DNA from: a virus
Taxonomy: Duplodnaviria; Caudoviricetes
IMG/VR virus record: IMGVR_UViG_3300042327_000405
Coordinates: 297-64,296 of that record
Direction: 5' to 3' (one strand)
Length of the DNA: 64,000 bases
Shown: piece after piece, positions 38,895-48,404 of the stretch
How positions within the stretch are numbered: position 1 is the first letter of the stretch
Layout of the letters: every line of letters starts with the position of its first letter
Position numbers and translations under genes: made by a program
Notes under the pieces: generated by a model
Told to the model about the DNA's origin: nothing
Database searches by the model: none
Seen by the model: the letters and a program-made list of their open reading frames with translations, nothing else

Positions 38895-38987
38895 AATATT
38901 TATCGTCCTTTCAAAAACGGATTAAGACCTAAGTATAGCAGAGTTTTATAAAAAGCAAAACTCTACCTAAAGTTTGAGTTGACAGTT

Positions 38988-39701
38988 TTACTTAAAGGTT
39001 TTCTTTTGCCAAAACTTAAGTCTATAGCCATTTTGAAAAACAGATCTAACTTTATCTCTTTGTTCCTCTACTTTTTTTGCTGAAAAGTTTTTGTCTAATT
39101 CCATCGTCCAGTCTTCTCTTTTAAATGGAAAAACCTGAAACATCGGAGTTCCTTGTTTGATAGTTCCTTTAAAATTCTTTTTTACTAAAAAGGATAGGTG
39201 ACCATCAGTAAAATAGTTATCAGTATCCACCACGGCATCAATAGCCTTTAGGGGTGATGGAGGTTGGTGCATGGGGCTAGTAAAGAGTGTGCTATAACCA
39301 GGATCAGTATTAACCATCCAGGTAGGGTGAATTCTTAAAATTTTATTACAGTAAATATCTTTATCTATAGGCAAACTAGACACCTGCTCTTCTGAATGTT
39401 CGCTTATTAATAATGAATAGTATTTATTCATAGCAGCAGGAAGTTGAAGATTTATGTTTCCATCAGTTGTGTCTAGGTATATGTCACATGGAACTTTTAA
39501 GACATACCCCATTGCCATTGCATCAAAAAATGCTTGACATTTTTTTACAGTAAGTCTCATTATTCCTCTATCGGGAATATCACTTCCTGATATTGCTGGC
39601 TGATCTTTATACCACAACGGGACATTTTTTGTTGCTTGTTCTGGCTCTGGAACAATATTTGTCAGCGCTGGATACATCTGTAAAAATCTAATTGTGTTCA
39701 T
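38988..39701 (-). CDS. Conserved phage protein (DUF6065-like)
   Basis: KKCQAFFDAM..GY, W...T.PGYS.LF..P, GTP..Q..PFKRE. Confidence 0.55.
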   Translation of the reverse strand: MNTIRFLQMYPALTNIVPEPEQATKNVPLWYKDQPAISGSDIPDRGIMRLTVKKCQAFFDAMAMGYVLKVPCDIYLDTTDGNINLQLPAAMNKYYSLLISEHSEEQVSSLPIDKDIYCNKILRIHPTWMVNTDPGYSTLFTSPMHQPPSPLKAIDAVVDTDNYFTDGHLSFLVKKNFKGTIKQGTPMFQVFPFKREDWTMELDKNFSAKKVEEQRDKVRSVFQNGYRLKFWQKKTFK

Positions 39702-39732
39702 AAAAGCCCTTCTCTATATTAATTATAGCATA

Positions 39733-40149
39733 TTAAAGGGTTTGCCACATGTTTGGCTGTTGTGATTTAAGTAGAGAACTTGGAGCAACATAGAAATATA
39801 GCAACTCTTGATCAATTTCTACAACTGTTGAGTTGTCTATTCCTCCACGTATGACTATTAGATCGCTTTCTTGTGGCTCTAATTTTGCAGTTTCATTATC
39901 TAAGAAAATATTTTCAATAATTTTACCCTTTTTATTTAAATAAATTTTTCCATAAAAAGATAAGATATTTTTTGATCCAGAGGTAAACTTAAGATCGTTA
40001 TTTTCCAAAAGCATACTTTCATTAGAAAACAAAACATGATATTCTTGCTTTTCATAATTTATTTTATTTTCTTTACAGATACTTTGTACAAGTGTTTTTA
40101 TTGTGCTATTAGTCTCATTTCCTAAATCAGAAACAATGTAGTTTATCAT
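39733..40149 (-). CDS. Hypothetical protein
   Basis: AT-rich ORF coupled to the GNAT gene. Confidence 0.6.
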   Translation of the reverse strand: MINYIVSDLGNETNSTIKTLVQSICKENKINYEKQEYHVLFSNESMLLENNDLKFTSGSKNILSFYGKIYLNKKGKIIENIFLDNETAKLEPQESDLIVIRGGIDNSTVVEIDQELLYFYVAPSSLLKSQQPNMWQTL

Positions 40150-40652
40150 GTTGAAACTCTCCTACCAAAAAAAACATATGGGTATACTGGTTGCTCAAAA
40201 AATTCTTTTCTCATGTTAAAATTATTTTCTGTTTGTGCTGTTCCAAAATCAAAATTTATAACTTTAGAAGCATTGGCAACTGCTTTATTTGCTACATCTG
40301 TACCAGATTCATGAACAATCTTTTTATTGAACCCATTTTTCATAAGATAAAAACAGTATACTGTTAATGCTGAAGCAATTCCCCTTTTTCTTAAATGTGG
40401 TGATATAAAGATTCTTCCAGATGCATATGTTTCATCATCTACTTTTCTCATTGTTATGTATCCATCTGGATAATCGTTTAGAATATAGTCTCCAACAAAT
40501 AAAGAACCACTTGGGTGTTTATCATTAAAATATATATAACCTATGCCATCTACATTAGGATTTGGATGATCCTTTAAAAAAACAAGATGCGACCAAGAAC
40601 CCTTTAATTCTTTTGGATGATCAAAGGATGAAGTGTCAACAACATCAAACAT
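40146..40652 (-). CDS. GNAT-like acetyltransferase
   Basis: Acetyl-CoA binding motif IFISPHLRKRGIAS. Confidence 0.6.
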   Translation of the reverse strand: MFDVVDTSSFDHPKELKGSWSHLVFLKDHPNPNVDGIGYIYFNDKHPSGSLFVGDYILNDYPDGYITMRKVDDETYASGRIFISPHLRKRGIASALTVYCFYLMKNGFNKKIVHESGTDVANKAVANASKVINFDFGTAQTENNFNMRKEFFEQPVYPYVFFGRRVST

Positions 40653-40654
40653 TA

Positions 40655-41875
40655 TTATGCAGGTTCTGTTGGATAATCTATTTGATAACCGTCATAAACT
40701 AAGAAATGATCTGTATAGAACATGTCATAAGGCTCGCAGTTAATAGAGATAACTTCATGTGGAATGCTTGAAATTATTAATTCAGTTATGGGTGTCCAAG
40801 TGTTTGTATCTGTAGACCAAAGTTCATCTGTATCTAAAAGATCTGCACTTTCAACCATGCTGGCAACATTATTTCTTTTTACAAGCATTGTGTGAGATCC
40901 TGAATAAAATTCTCCATTTACAGATACAGACTGTGATGCTTGTGAACCTCCCAAATGTGTAATTGTTGTTACTTTGTCTGGAAGAATTTCAAGACCTTCT
41001 GGGCTTGCTGTCCAATTGTGAACATCTTCTCTTGTGAAGTTAATACCCAAACCAGGAATTTCTGTAGAAACAAGTTCATCTCCTACTTTAAGATTTGATG
41101 CTTGAACGTATCCACTTGGAGTTAAAACCAGTGTGTGAAGACTTATAGACTTAAATGCTCCGAATGCACTGAATGCACCAAAGGCACCGAATGCTCCGAA
41201 AGCACCAAAGGCTGCAAAGGCACCGAAGGCTCCGAAAGCACTGAATGCACCGAAGGCACCGAAGGCTCCGAAGGCAGAAAACACTGTAGTTACAGATCCT
41301 GATTCACCAGATGTTGCCGAGTTACCGTTAGCATTTGTAGCATATACGTTATATGTCTGTGCAGTTCCCTGTTCTTGACCAACGCTTACTGAAAGTCCAG
41401 ATGTGTCCCCAGACTTTCCATCTGATGATGTCCAACGATAGTTAGTAATTGCTTTACCACCATTTGCTGGTGCTGACCATGAAACGGAATCTGTTCCTGC
41501 TGATGGAGAAGATGCACTTGGTGCAGATGGAGTTGCTGGCACTGTTGTTATAGTTATTGCACCAGTTGCAGCAGACGCAGCAGAAGTTCCTGCAGCATTA
41601 GTAGCCTGTACTGTAAATGTTGGTGTCGCTCCAGTGGCAATTCCAGTTACTGTAATTGGAGAAGATGCTCCTGTTCCTGTTTGACCTGTACTTGCTGTTA
41701 CTGTAAATGATGTTGCTGCATTTGGACCTGTAGGAGTAAAAGTAACTGTTGCTGCTCCATTGTCATATGCCCGTGCAGTTCCAACATCTGTTGCTGTTCC
41801 AATAGTTGGTGCACTTGGTGCCAAAAAGTCATTTGATGCTTGAGACTTTTTACCTATTTTTTTACCTGATGCCAT
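40655..41875 (-). CDS. FN3-domain protein with a (G/S/A)AF x14 repeat and a C-terminal Hint domain
   Basis: Two FN3-like modules; repeat at 41153-41278; SISLHTLVLTPSG..ASNLKVGD, SGSH and VISINCEPYDMFYTDHFLVYD. Confidence 0.75.
   Translation of the reverse strand: MASGKKIGKKSQASNDFLAPSAPTIGTATDVGTARAYDNGAATVTFTPTGPNAATSFTVTASTGQTGTGASSPITVTGIATGATPTFTVQATNAAGTSAASAATGAITITTVPATPSAPSASSPSAGTDSVSWSAPANGGKAITNYRWTSSDGKSGDTSGLSVSVGQEQGTAQTYNVYATNANGNSATSGESGSVTTVFSAFGAFGAFGAFSAFGAFGAFAAFGAFGAFGAFGAFSAFGAFKSISLHTLVLTPSGYVQASNLKVGDELVSTEIPGLGINFTREDVHNWTASPEGLEILPDKVTTITHLGGSQASQSVSVNGEFYSGSHTMLVKRNNVASMVESADLLDTDELWSTDTNTWTPITELIISSIPHEVISINCEPYDMFYTDHFLVYDGYQIDYPTEPA
41153..41278 (-). repeat. Tripeptide repeat (G/S/A)AF, 14 copies, synonymously diverged
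   Basis: 9-nt period gaaggcacc/gaatgcacc/gaaagcacc variants. Confidence 0.9.
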
Positions 41876-41906
41876 TTTTATCTCCTAATTTCTTTTTTAT
41901 TTTTTA

Positions 41907-43166
41907 TTACGCTGACAAGTCTCCGAAGACAACCCATGTATTTGCTGCTCTCTTAAAGAGAGTTGCAGATGACCAAGTTGTACGAAGTTTTAAGCCAGGT
42001 GTTGCATTTACTGTTGTAGTTCCAGGTGTTACTGCTGCGATTGTTACCTGTCCTGCTCCAGTTTGAAGAATATCAATAGATGTTCCAATTGGATAATTTA
42101 ATACAGCATCTGTTGGAATTGAAAGAGTTATCGCTGATGCTGAATTCATTTCAATTAGATCATCTCTTTCAGTAAGTGATGAAAGTGTGTATGATGCTGT
42201 CTTTTGTGAAATTGGTGTTAAAGAATCTACCTTTAATCCAAGATTAGTTGTGACTGTTGCTGCAAAGTTTGCGTCATCACCAAGTGCTGCAGCAAGTTCA
42301 TCAAGTGTGTTGAGGGCTGCTGGTGCACCAGTTAGAAGAGCATTTACTTGTGATGTTGCATCGGCGATTGCTTCTGCCTTTGCTGTAGCAATTGCTGTAG
42401 ATTGTGCAGTAGATACTGGCTTTGACGCATCTGCTGTATTATCAACATTGCCTAGGCCTAAAGAAGTCTTTGTAACTGCTGCAACCTCTGACTTAAGTGC
42501 TAGAAGTGATGTATCTGCAATTCCATGTACGTTTGATGTATCAAGATCGTGTGCTGAAACCTTAGCATCTGCTGCTGTTCCTGCTGCTGTGATTGCTTCA
42601 GTTTTTGCTGTAGCAATTGCTGCTGCCTGTGCTGTTGAAACTGGCTTCGATACATCTTGTGTATTGTCTACGTTTGAAAGACCTACTGAAGACTTTGTAA
42701 GTGCTGCTACTGCAGTAGTTACAGCATCGGTGGCAAAAGTTTTTGTTGCAAGAAGGTCAGTATCTGCAATTCCGTGAACATTTAATGTGTCCGCTATATG
42801 GTCAGTAATATCACCTCTAAGTTCGGCTTCCATTTCAGTAAATGTTGCGTTAGCAAGAAGAGTAAGATTATCGACGTAAGTTTTTGTTGTATATAATGAC
42901 AAGAAGTCAGGATTATCTCCCAATGCATCTGAAATTTCTGATAGTGTATTTAAAGTTTCTGGAGCCATGCCAATTACTGAGTCAATTGCATTTGTAAGTT
43001 CTGTTGCATTAGCAAAATATACTAATTGAGACCATGTAGATGTTCCATTACCCATCTTAAATTTGCTTGTGTCAGTCTCAAAACCGATTTCACCTGCTGC
43101 TAAAACTGGGTTTGCAGCCGTCCATTGGGCTGCAGATCCTCTGCGCTGTTGCATTCTTGTTGCCAT
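41907..43166 (-). CDS. Tail fibre protein (Mtd/hyaluronidase-like N-terminus)
   Basis: RRGSAAQWTAANPVLAAGEIGFETDT; LNTLDELAAALGDD; GLGNVDNT repeats. Confidence 0.8.
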   Translation of the reverse strand: MATRMQQRRGSAAQWTAANPVLAAGEIGFETDTSKFKMGNGTSTWSQLVYFANATELTNAIDSVIGMAPETLNTLSEISDALGDNPDFLSLYTTKTYVDNLTLLANATFTEMEAELRGDITDHIADTLNVHGIADTDLLATKTFATDAVTTAVAALTKSSVGLSNVDNTQDVSKPVSTAQAAAIATAKTEAITAAGTAADAKVSAHDLDTSNVHGIADTSLLALKSEVAAVTKTSLGLGNVDNTADASKPVSTAQSTAIATAKAEAIADATSQVNALLTGAPAALNTLDELAAALGDDANFAATVTTNLGLKVDSLTPISQKTASYTLSSLTERDDLIEMNSASAITLSIPTDAVLNYPIGTSIDILQTGAGQVTIAAVTPGTTTVNATPGLKLRTTWSSATLFKRAANTWVVFGDLSA

Positions 43167-43181
43167 ATTTAGTTCTCCTTA

Positions 43182-43196
43182 GTACGGGCTGCGTAC
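43182..43196 (-). promoter_or_regulatory. CAGCC-loop hairpin abutting the SD of a fibre gene
   Basis: GTACG-CAGCC-CGTAC then T-AAGGAG. Confidence 0.5.
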
Positions 43197-43235
43197 GTAT
43201 TCTTTGTAATTATACCACTGAGTTCTTTCATTATT

Positions 43236-44168
43236 TTAAACTCCCCCGCCATCAAGGACAAGGTTTAAACTTGAAATATCTTGTATTGCTGCTTTAACAA
43301 ATGCTGTTGTAGCAACCTGTGTTGTATCAGTTCCCACTGATGCAGTTGGGGCGGAAGGTGTTCCAGTTAATGTTGGTGAAGCAAGTGGTGCGTATGTAGA
43401 TGCTGCGGTTGTAGAAGCAAGTTTGGCATCTAGTGCTGTTTGTGTAGGACCCGAAACTGGCTTATCCTGATCTCTTGTATTATCTACATCGGCAAGACCT
43501 ACTGAAGATTTTGTTAGTGCTGCTACTGCAGTTGAAATCTTTGTATCTGCTGCAGTACCTGCTGCTGCGATTGCATCGGCTTCTGCTGTATCAACATATG
43601 TCTTAGTTGCAACTGTTGTATCAATAGTAAATTTATCGTTGACACCATCCCACAAAAGTCCTGTTCCTGCTAGTGCTGACTGATCTACTTCTGCACCTGA
43701 AACAGCATTTGCAACATCTGTTAGTGTTGCAAGAAGTGCAGTGTTTGCAATTCCATGAACATTTGTACTTGAATTGTGTGTTGAAAGTGCTGATGCTGCT
43801 GTTGCTTCTGCACCTGACTTAGCATTATTAGCCTTTGTAGTGGCATCTCCTGATGCTGTAGAAATAGCCTCTGACTTAGCAGTTGCAATATTTGATGTTA
43901 CTGTAGAGAAAAAGTTTGCATCGTCACCTACGGCTGCTGCAAGTTCATTAAGAGTATCTAGAAGACCTGGGGCGCCGTCAATTAAATCTTCAAGTGCTCC
44001 TGCTGCATCTGCAGTAAAGTAGACCAAAGAAACCCAACGAGTTGTTCCATTACCAATCTTGAACTTATTTGTATCAGTCTCAAAGCCTATTTCTCCTGGG
44101 GATAAAATTGGATTTGCAGATGTCCACTGCGCTGCAGTGCCTCTTCTTTGCTGTTGTCTAACTGCCAT
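43236..44168 (-). CDS. Tail fibre protein (Mtd/hyaluronidase-like N-terminus), paralog
   Basis: RRGTAAQWTSANPILSPGEIGFETDT; APLASPTLTGTPSAPT. Confidence 0.8.
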   Translation of the reverse strand: MAVRQQQRRGTAAQWTSANPILSPGEIGFETDTNKFKIGNGTTRWVSLVYFTADAAGALEDLIDGAPGLLDTLNELAAAVGDDANFFSTVTSNIATAKSEAISTASGDATTKANNAKSGAEATAASALSTHNSSTNVHGIANTALLATLTDVANAVSGAEVDQSALAGTGLLWDGVNDKFTIDTTVATKTYVDTAEADAIAAAGTAADTKISTAVAALTKSSVGLADVDNTRDQDKPVSGPTQTALDAKLASTTAASTYAPLASPTLTGTPSAPTASVGTDTTQVATTAFVKAAIQDISSLNLVLDGGGV

Positions 44169-44182
44169 GTATTTTTCTCCTT

Positions 44183-44197
44183 ATGGGGGCTGCCCAT
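44183..44197 (-). promoter_or_regulatory. CAGCC-loop hairpin abutting the SD of a fibre gene
   Basis: ATGGG-CAGCC-CCCAT then AAGGAG. Confidence 0.5.
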
Positions 44198-44224
44198 TAC
44201 TTATCTTATTATAACACCCAATTT

Positions 44225-44674
44225 TTAATTGAAGTTATCTATTGCTGTTCCACCATCTACGGTAGAGTTAAAAACTGTATCTGATGCAAGACCAGAGTCT
44301 GTTTCAGATGTCATTGGACTATCAAAAAATCCAGAATCAACGAACATGCTTACAATAAGGCCTGTGCCATCAATTGCTGTATCATGAATGTGATCTGGAA
44401 TACTAGTTGTATCATCAATAGTTGCCTGGGTATACCAAGAACCATCATAATAGAAATTAATTCTATTTGTTCCAGTGTCTAACCACTGTGTTCCGTTAGT
44501 TGGTGAAGAAGGAGCAGTAGAGCCTACGGCCATTGAACGACTATCGACATACTCCTTAGTTGCTGCATGGGCATTAAGAGTTGGAGCCCCTACTGTTACT
44601 GCATCTCCGAATGTACCGCCGTTTGCTACGACTAATCCATTCTTGACCTTGAAGTCTTTGTCGACTGTTGTCAT
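44225..44674 (-). CDS. Short fibre / virion protein
   Basis: DKDFKVKNGL N-terminus shared with the neighbouring gene; HAATKEYVD; APSSPTNGTQWLD. Confidence 0.7.
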   Translation of the reverse strand: MTTVDKDFKVKNGLVVANGGTFGDAVTVGAPTLNAHAATKEYVDSRSMAVGSTAPSSPTNGTQWLDTGTNRINFYYDGSWYTQATIDDTTSIPDHIHDTAIDGTGLIVSMFVDSGFFDSPMTSETDSGLASDTVFNSTVDGGTAIDNFN

Positions 44675-44709
44675 TTACTACTCCCTCTTCCAACTATTTT
44701 TATTTTTTA

Positions 44710-46578
44710 TTACTTAAGCAATGTTCCCATAACAGTAACTGTTGAGTCATTGTTAGCAGTTGTTACTGTAAGTTTTACAAAGAGACCCTGTACGGCTGCA
44801 GAGATTGTAGATGCTGAACCGTTGGTTCCAACAACTCCATACTCTGTGATTGCAACGTTATCGTTGGCATCAAGTGTTAGAAGTACCTTTGAGATTTCTG
44901 TGTGATTTCCATAAGCAACCTTTACAAGATATTCTGCTGAGCGGTACTCGTCCTTAAGAAATTGATAGGCAACCTGAATTCCTGCAGTTGGTGCTGAAAG
45001 AGTTGCTGCAACCTGCTTAGCAACTGAGTTTAACTCAACTGCTGTAAAGTTTGGAACAACTGCTTCAAGAGCATCTACTGCACGAACATCTGTAAAGTAT
45101 CTATTAAGTGTACCTTCATCAAGATCATCGGTTGTAGAATCTGCTACACCGTTTTCTGCTGTGATAATAAGTCCATCATTAGCATTATTGTATTCAATTA
45201 CAATGTTATTTTGATTTGAATTAACAAGAAGATTCATTGCTGAATCCTTAGCACGAGCATCTGTGAAGTACTGGTTTGTTGTTTGTTGATTTTCAGAGAT
45301 ATCGTCTGTATTGAGTGTAATTCCATTACCAAGAGAGATGTTGCTTCCTTGAATTGTAATGTAGTCATGATCAAGAGCAGAATTTGGAATATTTTGAAGT
45401 GTATTATCTCCACCATCAATTGTCTTGTTTGTAAGAGTCTGCTGATCAGAAGTTCCAACTACTGAACCATTTACTCCGTGTACTCCTGAAGTAAGCAGTT
45501 CGTGTGCTGCAAGGTCATCTGCTACATCAGAAGCATATCCTGCTGCTGTTGATTCTGCATTAGCCTGTGCTGCGCCTGCTGCTGCAGATGCTGCTTGATC
45601 AGCATACGCTGTTGTAGCAATCTGAGTTGAATTAGTATTTGTTGGTGCAGTAGGTGCTGTTGGTACACCAGTTAATGCTGGTGAAGCCAGAGGAGCCTTT
45701 GTTCCTACTGATGTAGCAAGATCTGTTGCGTAGTTTGGATTATCTCCAATTGCTGCTGCCAACTCGTTGAGTGTATCAAGAAGTTCTGGTGCTGAATCTA
45801 CAAGTGCTGCAATTTCAGTATCTGTGTAAGCGTTTGCAGTTGTTACTGCATTGCTCTGTGCAGTTGCTGCTGATCCATATAGGTCAAATGTAGGGTTGTT
45901 AATTATTCCATTTGGATAAAGTGAATTATCTGTGTAAGAATTTGCTGATGTGACTGCATCTGCTTCTGCTTGATCTGCATAAGCCTGGGTTGCAAGAACA
46001 TCTGCGCCCCATTTAACAGAAGATCCTGCTGCTGGAGTAAGAACGATATGAGAATCAGAATTGATTGTCATTGCTCCTGCGCCAGTGAAGTTAAGTGTAT
46101 CTCCAATAGTCTTGTTTGTTAATGTCTGTGTGTTGGTTGTTCCAACTACCGCACCTGTTGCACCGTGTGCTGCTGTAGCATTTTCGTGATCTGTAAGATC
46201 TCCTGCTACTGTTGCTGCTGATCCTGCTGCATCGTATGCTGCTGAAGTTGCATCAAGTGCTCTTTGGTTTGTGAAGTACTGGTTTTGATTTCCTTCAAAA
46301 AGTGCGTCTGTATTATGGTTTGAAAGGCTTGAGACTGTGCCTGTTACGTTACCAATCAAGTCTGCTGTAATATCACCAGCAGCAAAATCTCCATTAGCAT
46401 CACGCTTTACAACTGTGTTTGCTGTGTTAGCAGATGTTGCTGTACCACCAATAAGACCAACAATATAATCTTGATCTCCTTGCTTCTTTGTAAGAACGTC
46501 AAAACCGTTAACTGTCGCTGTTGTACCTTCAACGATTAAACCACTCTTAATTTTAAAATCTTTATTTACTGTTGCCAT
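44710..46578 (-). CDS. Tail fibre-like protein
   Basis: QTLTNKT, YFT..RA and LDTLNELAAAIGD repeats. Confidence 0.75.
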   Translation of the reverse strand: MATVNKDFKIKSGLIVEGTTATVNGFDVLTKKQGDQDYIVGLIGGTATSANTANTVVKRDANGDFAAGDITADLIGNVTGTVSSLSNHNTDALFEGNQNQYFTNQRALDATSAAYDAAGSAATVAGDLTDHENATAAHGATGAVVGTTNTQTLTNKTIGDTLNFTGAGAMTINSDSHIVLTPAAGSSVKWGADVLATQAYADQAEADAVTSANSYTDNSLYPNGIINNPTFDLYGSAATAQSNAVTTANAYTDTEIAALVDSAPELLDTLNELAAAIGDNPNYATDLATSVGTKAPLASPALTGVPTAPTAPTNTNSTQIATTAYADQAASAAAGAAQANAESTAAGYASDVADDLAAHELLTSGVHGVNGSVVGTSDQQTLTNKTIDGGDNTLQNIPNSALDHDYITIQGSNISLGNGITLNTDDISENQQTTNQYFTDARAKDSAMNLLVNSNQNNIVIEYNNANDGLIITAENGVADSTTDDLDEGTLNRYFTDVRAVDALEAVVPNFTAVELNSVAKQVAATLSAPTAGIQVAYQFLKDEYRSAEYLVKVAYGNHTEISKVLLTLDANDNVAITEYGVVGTNGSASTISAAVQGLFVKLTVTTANNDSTVTVMGTLLK

Positions 46579-46594
46579 TTTTATATCTCCTTAG

Positions 46595-47041
46595 TTATGC
46601 CTTAAGTCCAATTCGTGCGTAACGAACTGTGACTGGCTTGATCGCAGGATCTGGAGTGACTGTAATAGCCACGGTATTTCCAGTGCGAGAGACATCAATG
46701 GTGCCAATATTCCCATCATTGTCGATAGTGCCGTACTCGCTGACTGATACATTTGTACCGTCAACAAGAATTGTTAATTCAGTTGCATAGAACTTATTGT
46801 CCCCTGCAGAGGTCTTTGATATTGAAATAATATACTTGACCATGCGCCAAACTGTAGCATCAAAGTTATCAATGACAGTTACATTTTCAATGCCGTTGAC
46901 TTCATTTTCGTTGTTACCCTTTGATCCCAAATCTGTTGCTTGGGCTGAAGCGGTATCAATTAAGTCTACGTAATTTTCTTGAGTTGGTCTATCTCCTGTT
47001 TGGAATAAACCTTTTACATCTGAAATTGATATTTTAGCCAT
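46595..47041 (-). CDS. Virion structural protein
   Basis: FQTGDRPTQENYVDLID N-terminus; C-terminal domain similar to that of 44710-46578 (SEYGT/TEYGV). Confidence 0.65.
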   Translation of the reverse strand: MAKISISDVKGLFQTGDRPTQENYVDLIDTASAQATDLGSKGNNENEVNGIENVTVIDNFDATVWRMVKYIISISKTSAGDNKFYATELTILVDGTNVSVSEYGTIDNDGNIGTIDVSRTGNTVAITVTPDPAIKPVTVRYARIGLKA

Positions 47042-47073
47042 GTCGCAATTATATCACCCTTTTAATTAGATAA

Positions 47074-47298
47074 TTATAGAATATAGTTGCTATAGCCAAT
47101 AACTTGTAGTGGAATTGCTGGGGTATTTCCTAAACCAATAGCCACAATTTGAATGGCTGAAAACTTAACTCTAAAAGGAAGTATGTCTGTTACTAAGGTG
47201 TTTCTTGTAAAGTCTTCTACCTGAATTAAGGGGTAGTCAATAGGAAAAATTTGTTTTGTTTTACCATTAAGTTCATCAAGTATTAATGCTGTGGCCAT
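47074..47298 (-). CDS. Small hypothetical protein
   Basis: Coupled to the upstream ORF. Confidence 0.6.
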   Translation of the reverse strand: MATALILDELNGKTKQIFPIDYPLIQVEDFTRNTLVTDILPFRVKFSAIQIVAIGLGNTPAIPLQVIGYSNYIL

Positions 47299-47714
47299 TA
47301 ATCTGTTACATCTTCAAGAATCTTCATGCTACCCTGGCAAACTGTCCAAACTCTTGTTGGATCGCTAACCTGGATATCAAAGATGTCTCCTGTCTGCAAT
47401 ACATTGGATTCTTCTGCTGTAAGCCAAACTGTAAATTCTCCAACAAGGTCATCTTCATCTGCAACTGGATGCAAAGCCATTATTGTAGTTGCATTATCAG
47501 TGATGACTCCTTTGTCTGATGCAAGGGTTGGTCTCTTAATCTTCATAGCAATATCCCATTCAGATCCAGCACCTTTTAAAATTAACGGGACTTTTGCATC
47601 GTCTGTTACATAAACTTTAAAACCAGAAGTATCTCCACGAACGACAGTCCAAATAACAGTTGGAGGTGGATTACCTATATTATATAATGATTGAGATCCT
47701 CTTAAAGTTGCCAT
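47298..47714 (-). CDS. BppU-like virion protein
   Basis: VRGDT...DIQV pattern shared with 53856-54614 and 55458-55859. Confidence 0.55.
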   Translation of the reverse strand: MATLRGSQSLYNIGNPPPTVIWTVVRGDTSGFKVYVTDDAKVPLILKGAGSEWDIAMKIKRPTLASDKGVITDNATTIMALHPVADEDDLVGEFTVWLTAEESNVLQTGDIFDIQVSDPTRVWTVCQGSMKILEDVTD

Positions 47715-47726
47715 ATTGTTATTATA

Positions 47727-48302
47727 TCACGACAAACCGTCTTTGAGTGCGCCCCAAGTACCGTTTCCTTTTGTTTGAACAATTAACATTCCGCCAAAGG
47801 ATTTGGTCTCATTAATTGCAACAACTCCTACATATCTTGCTGGCCCTGTTGATGGACGATTTCCTACAAGCGTTCCAGTTGAATCTATATAAACTTTTGT
47901 TCCAGCAGCGCCAAGATACACAGTATTCATTTGTATAATTCCAGAAACTACAACAACACCATCTCCACCATTTTCGCTTGCAGGAAGTATATCTGTCTGA
48001 GTCAAGCCAAGAATTGCAACATCTGGATTATGTGTAGGGCTTGATGGATTATATTTTTGTACCGTTGTTTTATATTTCCCTCCATGAGAAACTTTTCCAG
48101 AAATAAAAACGGGAGTTCCAGCAGGCAATGTTAGAGAAGAACTGTCATTTCTTACAGGAGAAGCAACACTAGTCATTCCTAGTGGTGGCAAAATATTATT
48201 TAAAGCATCTACTAAAACTTTAAAATCTCCGTGTACATTGACTGGATCTGAGGCAATAGGATATGAAAGTGAGGTAGGATAATTAGATGCGTATTGTGGC
48301 AT
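47727..48302 (-). CDS. Virion protein (capsid decoration-like)
   Basis: GTPVFISG...GVVVVSG pattern; leaderless promoter. Confidence 0.5.
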   Translation of the reverse strand: MPQYASNYPTSLSYPIASDPVNVHGDFKVLVDALNNILPPLGMTSVASPVRNDSSSLTLPAGTPVFISGKVSHGGKYKTTVQKYNPSSPTHNPDVAILGLTQTDILPASENGGDGVVVVSGIIQMNTVYLGAAGTKVYIDSTGTLVGNRPSTGPARYVGVVAINETKSFGGMLIVQTKGNGTWGALKDGLS

Positions 48303-48404
48303 AATCTTTATTATACCACCCTCTAAAGTTGATTTATCAAAAATCTCATGCTATACTTAGTAGTAACACCTACCAGGGTGTTATTGTTTTCTAAGGAGGA
48401 AACT

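Noticed and set aside
38895-38987. Cobalamin riboswitch or NrdR boxes upstream of nrdJ
   Set aside because: The intergenic gap is too short for a riboswitch and there is no convincing NrdR consensus.
40655-41149. Canonical mobile intein
   Set aside because: No terminal His-Asn plus nucleophile, no endonuclease, and essentially no C-extein.
41907-44168. Diversity-generating retroelement suggested by Mtd-like N-termini
   Set aside because: No reverse transcriptase and no template/variable repeat pair seen; the similarity is limited to the N-terminal anchor.
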